Origin: Bdellovibrionia bacterium
GTDB lineage: Bacteria; Bdellovibrionota; UBA1018
Assembly: GCA_044347055.1 (NCBI GenBank)
Contig: JBIIXZ010000003.1
Location: 1-34,380, forward strand
Reading direction: 5' to 3'
DNA length: 34,380 bases
The position numbers and the translations under genes were made by a program. Shown piece by piece: positions 18,771 through 26,572 of the stretch. The notes under the pieces were generated by a model. It worked only from the letters and a program-made list of their open reading frames with translations. It was not told the origin of the DNA and did not search any database. Numbering within the stretch: position 1 is the stretch's first letter; each line of letters opens with the position of its first letter.

Positions 18771-18789
18771 GAAATCGCGTCATCCGTAC

Positions 18790-18805
18790 TGGCATCGGGG
18801 TTGCT
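18790..18805 (+). promoter_or_regulatory. Sigma-54 (-24/-12) promoter
   Basis: TGGCAT-CGGGG-TTGCT matches TGGCAC-N5-TTGCW; intergenic, 35 nt upstream of GTG 18841. Confidence 0.75.
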
Positions 18806-18840
18806 CTCTCCGGAATCAACTTTTCCGAAGGAGCAACCCC

Positions 18841-19653
18841 GTGTCGTTTCATCGCCCCTTGAATCGCGTGCTGTCATCTGCCCTGCTGGCCCTATCCGCT
18901 GTCGCCTGCTCGATGGAGCCGCGAGGCTACACGCGGGCAACACCGGATCCGGAATTCGTGCCCGCAGATTCCTGGAGCTCGATGACGCTGGTCATCTCGG
19001 GCGCACGGACGGTGGTCTCCAGCAACGGTCACTTCACGACGGTGCCGAATGCCTGCTACCGACGAGAGAGCGGTGCCCTCGACCTGGAGCTCTGGAACCG
19101 TGTCGCCCAGGCCGTCAACAGGATGCTGGAGCAGAACTGGCTCGACGAGCCCTCCTGCGCTCCACGGCCGGCCGGGGCGGCTGACCTCTATCAACCCGTG
19201 ATTCTCGCCATGCGTGACCGACAGACACGCGAGCTGCTCACTTCCAGCGGTGGAAAATTCTGCTCACGCTCCGCCGACCTCACCGCTGCAGCCGATCTGC
19301 TCGTCGCCCTTTCCGAGGTCGCGTACAAGGCCAAGCATGAGGGCTGTCCCGCGCGCGGGTCCTTTTGGGACGAGTCCGGCCTCTTCCTCGACGGACCCAG
19401 CGATTATGAAAACGCCTCGGATCGAGAGGATCGCCCTGACCGTGACCATCGGGATGACGACGATCGCGAAGAGCACGAAGACGGCCGCCCCGACCATTGG
19501 CCTCGTCCGCACCCGCGCCCCACGGTTCATCCGACTCCCCACCCCACGCCGCGTCCGACTCCGACGCATGAGCCCAAGAAGGAACATGACCGTGGCCACC
19601 ATCGGCCCGATCAGAAGGGCAAGCAGGAAGGTTCAGAGTGGTGGAACGACTAA
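18841..19653 (+). CDS. Lipoprotein with a His/Asp/Pro-rich low-complexity C-terminal tail
   Basis: SD AAGGAG before GTG 18841; lipobox-like AVAC; tail DRDHRDDDDREEHED...PHPRPTVHPTPHPTPRPTPTHE. Confidence 0.8.
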   Translation: MSFHRPLNRVLSSALLALSAVACSMEPRGYTRATPDPEFVPADSWSSMTLVISGARTVVSSNGHFTTVPNACYRRESGALDLELWNRVAQAVNRMLEQNWLDEPSCAPRPAGAADLYQPVILAMRDRQTRELLTSSGGKFCSRSADLTAAADLLVALSEVAYKAKHEGCPARGSFWDESGLFLDGPSDYENASDREDRPDRDHRDDDDREEHEDGRPDHWPRPHPRPTVHPTPHPTPRPTPTHEPKKEHDRGHHRPDQKGKQEGSEWWND

Positions 19654-20384
19654 TTCGGATCGCGTGAGAGTTCTTCGAGGGCTGCCAGCATCCTCGATCG
19701 GCTCTCGTCGGCCAGTCGGCCGACATCAGCCGTAGTCAGGCCAGTCGTGGAAATGGGCTCCAGCACTCGAACCCGGATGACTCCGGGAGTGAGCCGCCGC
19801 TCGCGATAGTCGAGCACCTTGCGAACGGGCGAAGCCACCAGGGGTACGAGTGGAAGGCCGGCCTCGATGGCCATGTGGAAGGCGCCCTTCTTGAACGGAA
19901 GCAGCCCCTTTCCCGACTTGTTCCTCGTGCCCTCCGGAAAGATCATCACGCTGACGCCCTTCTCGCGAATCTTCCGCCCGGCATCGCTGATCCCTTCCAC
20001 CGCCCGGCGGTGCCGCTTGCGATCGATGAAGATGTTTCCAGCAGCAAAGTAGAACAGGTTGAAAAAAGGAATCCAAGCCAGCTCACGCTTTCCGATCACG
20101 ATCGTCCGTCGCGGAAAGATCGAGCCGAAAATGTGCACGTCGAAGTTGTCCTGATGGTTGCCCAGATAGATGCACGGCTGGAGGCTCTCGAGCGACGAGG
20201 CTCCCTCCATTTCGATTCGGACTCGCGTGATCCTGCGAAGGCCCCAGGTGCCAAACCGGGCGAGCGCTCGATTGAAATCCAGGTTTCCGAACATCACCGG
20301 AATCAGCAGCACCCCCACCACGGACATCAGAAGAAGCCACGCGAGCGACAGGATGTAGCGAAGCAGAAAATCCACGGTGCGCAT
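19650..20384 (-). CDS. plsC: 1-acyl-sn-glycerol-3-phosphate acyltransferase
   Basis: NHQDNFD (HX4D), FIDR, IFPEGTRN, LLPFKKGAFHMA. Confidence 0.93.
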   Translation of the reverse strand: MRTVDFLLRYILSLAWLLLMSVVGVLLIPVMFGNLDFNRALARFGTWGLRRITRVRIEMEGASSLESLQPCIYLGNHQDNFDVHIFGSIFPRRTIVIGKRELAWIPFFNLFYFAAGNIFIDRKRHRRAVEGISDAGRKIREKGVSVMIFPEGTRNKSGKGLLPFKKGAFHMAIEAGLPLVPLVASPVRKVLDYRERRLTPGVIRVRVLEPISTTGLTTADVGRLADESRSRMLAALEELSRDPN

Positions 20385-20422
20385 CCAGCAAGAACACCAC
20401 GGCAGGCGACTTCACTCAAGAG

Positions 20423-21391
20423 CTACTGAAACCGGGCCCGTAGCCAGTCGGAGTCCAGATCGACGTTGAGGCTGCGGACCGACGAAGAGGCGCCCGGCTC
20501 GACCCAGGTCACGAAATCCGGATGGTCGCGCACGCTTCTCCCGCTCCATTTTGCTCCGTGGACCTCGTAACCGTCCGGAACAGGATGGGCCTCCAGTACA
20601 TACTGGTATTCCAGCACGGGAGCGAGGCGCTCCGTCGAATCGCGATCATCGTCATACGGAAAGACGGCGTACACCCACGCACGGACATGGAATACATCAG
20701 CTCGCTCCGGATCGCGGCGAATGGTCCAGCGGGCTCCATCGACCGGCGTGTTCCAGACCGGAGGACGTGGATCTCGATCCATGATGAACGGCACTCGCCG
20801 ATCCTGAAGCATCACCTGCAGGACGCGGTGGAACTCGGCGGGCGAGATGTCCTCGAATGAGCTTCCGCCGTTTCCGTCGTTTCGCTCCCCGACCGTTCCT
20901 CGGATCGACGGGTCGACCACTTCATGCGCATAAATCCAGAGAGCCTTCTGTTCCGCGACAGAAAAAACTTCGCGGCGCCCCTCCACCTCGACCACTTTCG
21001 GGACCAGGGGTTCGGGCTGCAGGATCGAGGCAATCGCCCAGGCATCACAACGCCCTTCCCAGGGCAGGAACGGCCGTGCCTCGCTCCGGATCCTCTGCTC
21101 TTCGCGCGCAAGCGCCTCTTTTCCCGAGAGTCGATCGTATTTTTCCAGCGCCGAACGTGCATCGATTCGAGAGAGCGGATGCCAGTATCCCGACCACGGC
21201 CTGATGGAGGCCTGGCCCGAGAACTCACCTTCGTGGATGACGGCCGGGCCATGGCTCATGCTGAAGGAGCCGAGGTCGCGCGGATAGGTTCGGAGGGTTG
21301 TGGAGGGAGGAGCCCCGCACGAGGACAGGCAAGCCGTCATGATGACGAGAATTGTCCACCTCGCTGCGAGGCTCCTGCCAGGGAAGTCCAT
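20423..21391 (-). CDS. Lipoprotein of the transglutaminase-elicitor (GP42-like) family
   Basis: Lipobox LSSC; family-like motifs PWSGYW, LEKYD, WEGRCDAWAIASI.QPEP, SPAEFH, VWNTPV, YQYVLE, G.W....HPDF.W. Confidence 0.75.
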   Translation of the reverse strand: MDFPGRSLAARWTILVIMTACLSSCGAPPSTTLRTYPRDLGSFSMSHGPAVIHEGEFSGQASIRPWSGYWHPLSRIDARSALEKYDRLSGKEALAREEQRIRSEARPFLPWEGRCDAWAIASILQPEPLVPKVVEVEGRREVFSVAEQKALWIYAHEVVDPSIRGTVGERNDGNGGSSFEDISPAEFHRVLQVMLQDRRVPFIMDRDPRPPVWNTPVDGARWTIRRDPERADVFHVRAWVYAVFPYDDDRDSTERLAPVLEYQYVLEAHPVPDGYEVHGAKWSGRSVRDHPDFVTWVEPGASSSVRSLNVDLDSDWLRARFQ

Positions 21392-21398
21392 CTTCAGG

Positions 21399-21989
21399 TC
21401 ACTTCTGAATGATGGAGAGCTGGGCGCAGGTGTCGATGACCCGGCCGGTGGCGGCCACCTGGACTGCGGACTCGTTCTTGTCCTTCGACTCGTCGATGGC
21501 GTTCTGGCAAAGATCCTCGGCCTCGACCTTGTCGTGAAGGACCTGTTCGCAGGTCACCGGCACTTCCACGGCATACTGTTCGATCACTTCCTGGAAGCGC
21601 TGGCACGAGCCGGCCGCCTGGATGACGTCGACGTTCTTCGACACTTCTGCGACGCGGAACTTGTCCGAGATCACGGTCGTGGAAACCGTGCGGACGGACT
21701 TCAGCGGAATCTCGCCCGGTGCTGCGGCAAGCCAGGTGACTTCATGGTTCCGGCACACGAGCTTGATGTCCTGCGGAGCGCGCTGGATCTCGCTCTTGCT
21801 CGGATCGGCACACTGCTGCTTGAACTTTTCGAGGCTGACCGTCAGAACCGATGGTGCCTGCGGAGCGGCGCCACCCGCCGGAGCCGGCTCGGGACGAGGT
21901 CCCTCTCCCGCGACCGCCAGCAGCGAGCTGAGCGCAACCGCCGCAAACACCGAAACTGCCCAGTACCCATCATTCGAGATCTTCTTCAT
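21399..21989 (-). CDS. Hypothetical secreted protein with six Cys
   Basis: MKK start with SD-like GAGGGG; signal-like hydrophobic stretch; six Cys in the mature region; 7 nt before the transglutaminase-like gene. Confidence 0.8.
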   Translation of the reverse strand: MKKISNDGYWAVSVFAAVALSSLLAVAGEGPRPEPAPAGGAAPQAPSVLTVSLEKFKQQCADPSKSEIQRAPQDIKLVCRNHEVTWLAAAPGEIPLKSVRTVSTTVISDKFRVAEVSKNVDVIQAAGSCQRFQEVIEQYAVEVPVTCEQVLHDKVEAEDLCQNAIDESKDKNESAVQVAATGRVIDTCAQLSIIQK

Positions 21990-22042
21990 GCATACCCCCT
22001 CAGGTTGAACTTTCCGGCATCAGCCGGTCGGCAGCCGGGGGT

Positions 22043-22058
22043 TGCAACGCAGGTGCCA
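22043..22058 (-). promoter_or_regulatory. Sigma-54 (-24/-12) promoter for 21989-20423
   Basis: Minus strand reads TGGCAC-CTGCG-TTGCA, an exact match to TGGCAC-N5-TTGCW, in the 77-nt gap after the activator gene. Confidence 0.85.
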
Positions 22059-22066
22059 GCAAGCGG

Positions 22067-23488
22067 CTATTCGAGGCCGTACCTTCGACGCTTGCGCCAC
22101 AGCGTGCTCAAGTTGATGCCCAGAATGCTCGCCGCCTCCTCGAGAGTTTCAGACGAATTCAGGACGCTCTCGATATGCCGACGCTCGAGCTCCTCGAGAC
22201 TGACCTCCGCTGCCGAAAGATCGGCCTGGGTGCCGATCGATGCCAGAGGTGTTGCAGAAAGCGACGGAATCGCGCCGGAGATCGGCGAACTCATGCGATC
22301 TGCAGTCTTTTCTGCGGTCTTTTCCACGATGCGATCCGGCAGGTCATCGAGCGTCACCTGATCGGTCGAGCAGAGGATCGCTGCGCGCTCGAGGGCATTC
22401 TTGAGCTCGCGGATATTTCCTGGCCAGGGGTAGCTGTTGATCGCGCGGCTCGCCTCCTCGCTCAGCGGGCGCGCCGGACGATTCGCGGCGGCGAAGGCCC
22501 GTTGAAGAAGCCCTTCGGCAAGCGCCGGGATATCCTCGGGACGCTGCCTCAGGGAAGGCATGTGCAGATCGATGACGTTGAGCCGAAAGTACAGGTCCTC
22601 ACGGAACCGGCCTTCCTGGACTTCGCGCTCCAGGTCCTTGTTGGTGGCGGCAATGATCCGCACATCGACCCGAATGGTCTTCGTATCGCCGACGCGCTCG
22701 AACTCGCGCTCCTGGAGGAATCGCAGCAGCTTGGTCTGGAGCGCAGGCGAAATCTCGCCGATCTCATCCAGAAAAACAGTTCCGCTGTCTGCAAGTTGAA
22801 GTCGTCCGGCCTTGTCCTTGACGGCTCCGGTGAAGGATCCCCGGACATGCCCGAAAAGTTCCGACTCCAGCAGGTTTTCGGAAAGGGTCGCGCAGTTGAC
22901 CACTGCAAAAGGTCCCTTGGCGCGCTGGCTGGCGTCGTGAGTCGTCTTCGCAAGCAGCGTCTTTCCGGTGCCGCTCTCACCGGTGATCAGGATCGTGGAA
23001 TCCGTGGCTGCAACCTTCCGGGCCATGTCCAGCACCTTCTGCATTCGCGGATTGCGGGTCGTGATGGTGGAAGGCTCGGAAAGAACTTCAACAGTATCGC
23101 GCAGCCGGGCGTTCTCCGCGCGAAGCTTTCGAAACTCCTCGATTCTCTCCACCAGATGCTCGAGCTGCTCCGGAGTAAAGGGCTTGACGAGATAGTCGTA
23201 GGCCCCGCCCTTCATGGCGCTGATTGCCGTGTCGATGGTGCCGTATGCCGTCATGATGACCGGAGTCACGCCCGGAAAATACTCGCGCGCCTTGCCGAGC
23301 AGGTCGAGGCCGCTCATTCCATCCATTCTGAGGTCCGTGATCAGGATGTCAGGGCTCATGCGTCGCATCAGCGACAGGGCCATCTCACCACTGTCAGCAA
23401 CCTGGACCTCGTGGCCGGCCGCTGTCAGCGCCGCCTCCATCGTATTGCAGATCCCCTGTTCATCATCCACCACCAACAACTTCGCCAT
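22067..23488 (-). CDS. Sigma-54-dependent response regulator, AlgB-like
   Basis: LLVVDDE, ITDLRMDGMSG (phospho-Asp kept), GESGTGKT, ESELFGHVRGSFTGA, VFLDEIGE, FREDLYFRLNV; HTH LEEAASILGINLSTLWRKRRRYGL recalls AlgB; start re-called at ATG 23488. Confidence 0.93.
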   Translation of the reverse strand: MAKLLVVDDEQGICNTMEAALTAAGHEVQVADSGEMALSLMRRMSPDILITDLRMDGMSGLDLLGKAREYFPGVTPVIMTAYGTIDTAISAMKGGAYDYLVKPFTPEQLEHLVERIEEFRKLRAENARLRDTVEVLSEPSTITTRNPRMQKVLDMARKVAATDSTILITGESGTGKTLLAKTTHDASQRAKGPFAVVNCATLSENLLESELFGHVRGSFTGAVKDKAGRLQLADSGTVFLDEIGEISPALQTKLLRFLQEREFERVGDTKTIRVDVRIIAATNKDLEREVQEGRFREDLYFRLNVIDLHMPSLRQRPEDIPALAEGLLQRAFAAANRPARPLSEEASRAINSYPWPGNIRELKNALERAAILCSTDQVTLDDLPDRIVEKTAEKTADRMSSPISGAIPSLSATPLASIGTQADLSAAEVSLEELERRHIESVLNSSETLEEAASILGINLSTLWRKRRRYGLE

Positions 23489-25280
23489 TTCTGCCTCCCC
23501 TCTCTTCAAAAATACCTGCACGCCCCTGAGGCAACGTCAGGATGAATTCAGCCCCATCTCGATAGTCGGAATTCAGCGCCAGGGTGCCTCCATGCCCCAT
23601 GGCGATCTCGCGCGCGATCGCAAGGCTCATGCCCGTCGAGTTCGAACGTGCAACACGGAGATCGTAATGCGCAAAATTGCGTTGAAAGATGCGCTCTGTG
23701 AGGCCTGCCATTGCCGGCGATCCCACGCTTCGCACCACGATCCTCAGCGCATGGTTCGAGTCGATCATGGCCTCGGACATCCGCACCTCGATGCGCGAGT
23801 TTCGAGGCGAATGCCGCAGCAGGTAGGTGATCAGCTGCATCAGGCTCCACGAAATTCGCGGTGCGTCGGCTCGGGCCATGACCTCCAGCTCGCTGCAACG
23901 AAAGGCCAGGTCCATCGAAACGCCTCGGGCCTCCGCTTCGGCTCGCGTCGACCTCACGGACTGCGAGAGCAGTCGCCGCAGATCCACGACCCGGAAATTG
24001 AGTTTCTCGGCATCCAGCTCGAACCGGCTGGCTGCAAACAGCTCGTCGATCAGCTCGCGCAGACGCTCGACATCCCGTACGCTGGAGTCGACCAGCTTCT
24101 TCTGGACGGCATTGAGCGAGGAAGAAGAGCGCTGCAGGAGCCGCGTTGCCATGAGCAGGCTCGTCACAGGAGTCTTGACCTCGTGCGACAAGAGCCCGAT
24201 GAAATGAGTCTTGGCGTCTTCTGCCTGCCGAATCCAACTCACATCCTGGCCGACGACCACGGAGTCGAAATCCAGCTGTTCTCCCCAGTGGCGCCAGTCG
24301 GCATTGTTCTGGGTGAAGAGAAAGGCCTGGATCTCTCCCGGATCCTCCTTGTCCTGCACCCGCCACTCCACGGGAGTATCCTTTTTTCGGGCTCCGAGAA
24401 TGGCCCGCACCAGAGACTCCTGACGTGAACTGGAGCACAGGGCGAGATCCACGGGCAGCGTCGCGCTCCGCGAAGCAAGACCGAGAAGCTCCGCCCCGAG
24501 CCGATTGCACCAGACCACCCGAGTATCTCTGAGAAAATAGACGGCATCGCGAGAGGCAGACGCCAGAACCTCGGCGCGAGCCTTCTGCTCGACGAGGCGA
24601 TGAATATTGATGCTCCGAAAGTCGCGAACCCGGCTCACGAGGGCTTCGGTGCCGCGAAAGAGCTCCTGGACCTCCACGGCAGCATCGTCCACGCCGGAGC
24701 GCCGCCTCGCCTCCGAATCAACAAAAAGAGGAGTCACTTCTCGAGAGAGATCCATCGCCCTGAAGTACTGAGTCAGATATCGAACCGGACGTACTCCGTA
24801 GAGGTACATCTTGCGCCCGATCACCATGAAGAGCAGCGAGAACACCAGCCACGTCGTCCCTGCTTTCAGGAGCAACGACCGGAAGAGGGATTTCAGGTCA
24901 TCCACGAGCCTGTAGACTTCGTTGAGCTGGTACACGTGCCAGGCATCCGCAAGCGACCGGAGCGAGTTGCGGTCTCCTGCGGGAGAATCGAGCTCACGAA
25001 GGATTTCGGAGATGAATGCCAGGCTCGCCTGATCAGGCTCCGCCGAATCTCGCACGTTCTGAAGCGTGGGCGCCACCCTCTCCCATTCCCCGAGCTCAAT
25101 GAACGCTCCCACCTGGCCAGCCGCATTCGCGAGAGTATGACGGCGGATCTGCTCCTGGATGTACTTCTGGTTTGCCCGAAAGCCCTCCAGGCCGACGACC
25201 AGGAAGGAAGCGCCCGACAAACCGATGACCACGATTAGAATGATCACCAGCTTCGAAAAAAGCGAGTTGCTCGACAACAT
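23463..25280 (-). CDS. KinB-like membrane sensor with intact H-box but degenerate HATPase domain (probable pseudokinase)
   Basis: Two TM segments, HAMP/PAS-like linker, H-box LSHEVKTPVT; N-box reads MQLITYLLRHSP, G1 reads VRSVGSPA, G2 reads STGMSLAI. Confidence 0.85.
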   Translation of the reverse strand: MLSSNSLFSKLVIILIVVIGLSGASFLVVGLEGFRANQKYIQEQIRRHTLANAAGQVGAFIELGEWERVAPTLQNVRDSAEPDQASLAFISEILRELDSPAGDRNSLRSLADAWHVYQLNEVYRLVDDLKSLFRSLLLKAGTTWLVFSLLFMVIGRKMYLYGVRPVRYLTQYFRAMDLSREVTPLFVDSEARRRSGVDDAAVEVQELFRGTEALVSRVRDFRSINIHRLVEQKARAEVLASASRDAVYFLRDTRVVWCNRLGAELLGLASRSATLPVDLALCSSSRQESLVRAILGARKKDTPVEWRVQDKEDPGEIQAFLFTQNNADWRHWGEQLDFDSVVVGQDVSWIRQAEDAKTHFIGLLSHEVKTPVTSLLMATRLLQRSSSSLNAVQKKLVDSSVRDVERLRELIDELFAASRFELDAEKLNFRVVDLRRLLSQSVRSTRAEAEARGVSMDLAFRCSELEVMARADAPRISWSLMQLITYLLRHSPRNSRIEVRMSEAMIDSNHALRIVVRSVGSPAMAGLTERIFQRNFAHYDLRVARSNSTGMSLAIAREIAMGHGGTLALNSDYRDGAEFILTLPQGRAGIFEERGGRNGEVVGGG

Positions 25281-25987
25281 CAGGCACGCCTCTGCGGAGC
25301 AAGAATCCGCTCCGCACGGACGGACCAGATCGATGACGATCCGAGCTTCCGGACCTCACGAAGGAGGCCACTTCGTCCGAACAAATAGTACAAGGCTTTT
25401 GCGGCGATGAACGAAGCTTCCACATCGTGCTGATGGTCCCGTCGGAGCTGAAGCACCTGACGACAAAGGCTCATCGCCCGAAGAAAGTCGACGAGGCCCC
25501 GCTCGGCATTACCGGCGCTGAGCCATCCCTGCGCCCGGGCAATATGCCACCTGGCCAGGTGGAGCATCCGTCCAGACCCTCCCGAATCAGTGCGCGCGGA
25601 GGGAATGTCGAGACGAATATCCACGAGCGTTCGGCGCCAGCCCTCCCAGACACCACGGTGCGAAGCGCGTGCGCCGTGCTGAATCTCGATGAACCGGGAC
25701 AGCTCGCCTTCGATCTGCGGAATGGCTGCCCCTGCGAAAAACATCTGGAGAAGCATGAGCTGAGGCGTCTCCGATCCATGCTTGAGCGGCAGCAGGGACG
25801 GAAGGCGCCCCTTGTCCAACTCAGCCCGGATCTCCTGAATCTCGGATTCGAAAACCCGAACCATCGAGTCCGATCGCTTCGACTTCCACAGCTGGTTTGC
25901 CAGCACGGATGCCAGCAGAAAAACTGGAACAAAAGTCAGGATCCCCCAAACAGTGGGAGACCGGGTGAGTTTGCGGAGTCGAATCAT
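25280..25987 (-). CDS. Hypothetical membrane-anchored helical (TPR-like) protein, first gene of the sensor/activator operon
   Basis: One N-terminal TM segment; helical C-terminus; TGATG stop/start overlap with the sensor. Confidence 0.7.
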   Translation of the reverse strand: MIRLRKLTRSPTVWGILTFVPVFLLASVLANQLWKSKRSDSMVRVFESEIQEIRAELDKGRLPSLLPLKHGSETPQLMLLQMFFAGAAIPQIEGELSRFIEIQHGARASHRGVWEGWRRTLVDIRLDIPSARTDSGGSGRMLHLARWHIARAQGWLSAGNAERGLVDFLRAMSLCRQVLQLRRDHQHDVEASFIAAKALYYLFGRSGLLREVRKLGSSSIWSVRAERILAPQRRA

Positions 25988-26019
25988 TGGGTGGGCTTCC
26001 TACAGCAGCGCACTGCGAT

Positions 26020-26035
26020 GGCAAAGCGCGTGCCT
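26020..26035 (-). promoter_or_regulatory. Sigma-54 promoter upstream of the 25987-22067 operon
   Basis: Minus strand AGGCAC-GCGCT-TTGCC (GG-N10-GC kept), 32 nt from ATG 25987. Confidence 0.65.
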
Positions 26036-26101
26036 CAGGCCAACCCCTTACTTTTCAATCATTTCAACGAATGCTGACATTTCCGTAACGATTAAAAGGC
26101 G

Positions 26102-26133
26102 TGCACCACTGCACTTTGCACGTGCAAGGTGCA
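26102..26133. promoter_or_regulatory. Candidate enhancer (UAS) for a sigma-54 activator
   Basis: Five TGCA in 32 bp; 26110-26133 tgcactttgcacgtgcaaggtgca is a 24-bp palindrome with one mismatched pair; separated from the promoter by an AT-rich tract. Confidence 0.55.
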
Positions 26134-26169
26134 ATGCCCGGTTTACCGGTGGCCTGAATACCGGACAAT

Positions 26170-26544
26170 TCACCCGGCAGAACGCATCCGCGAGGCTTCA
26201 CGTTCACGGATCGACTGGCAACGCGTGCAGAGACGTGCCTCGGGAACGGCGAGGAGCCGCTTTTCGGGAATCTCCTCGTCGCAGTCTTCGCAGATGCCGT
26301 AGTTCAGGGTGGCGATCTTGGCGATCGCTCGATCGATGGCCTGAAGCTCTCGAAGCTCCTGCTCCTGCATCGAGGAATTTCTCCCCAGCTGTTCGAGGCT
26401 CTGGGCAATGTCAACCATCTCGGCCTGCGAGTCGACGCGATCCAACTCGCTCTGCTCCAGGTCGATTCGATTCAGTCCCTGGCCCAGCCGACTCCGTCGG
26501 GCCATCAGGGTCTCTCGGATTTTCTGCAAAGTGCTACGGTCCAT
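26170..26544 (-). CDS. TraR/DksA-family C4 zinc-finger protein
   Basis: Coiled coil with EMVDIA tip, AIAKI...YGICEDC..EIPEKRL.AVPEARLCTRCQ. Confidence 0.92.
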   Translation of the reverse strand: MDRSTLQKIRETLMARRSRLGQGLNRIDLEQSELDRVDSQAEMVDIAQSLEQLGRNSSMQEQELRELQAIDRAIAKIATLNYGICEDCDEEIPEKRLLAVPEARLCTRCQSIREREASRMRSAG

Positions 26545-26572
26545 GGGCCGGACGAAGCTGCAAGAGCCGAGC

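Noticed and set aside
22820-22840. GSFTGA instead of GAFTGA in the AlgB-like activator as a sign of sigma-54 independence
   Set aside because: GSFTGA is a common functional variant; Phe and Thr are retained.
22175-24428. Plus-strand ORFs of 456 and 404 aa
   Set aside because: Antisense shadows of the activator and sensor genes.
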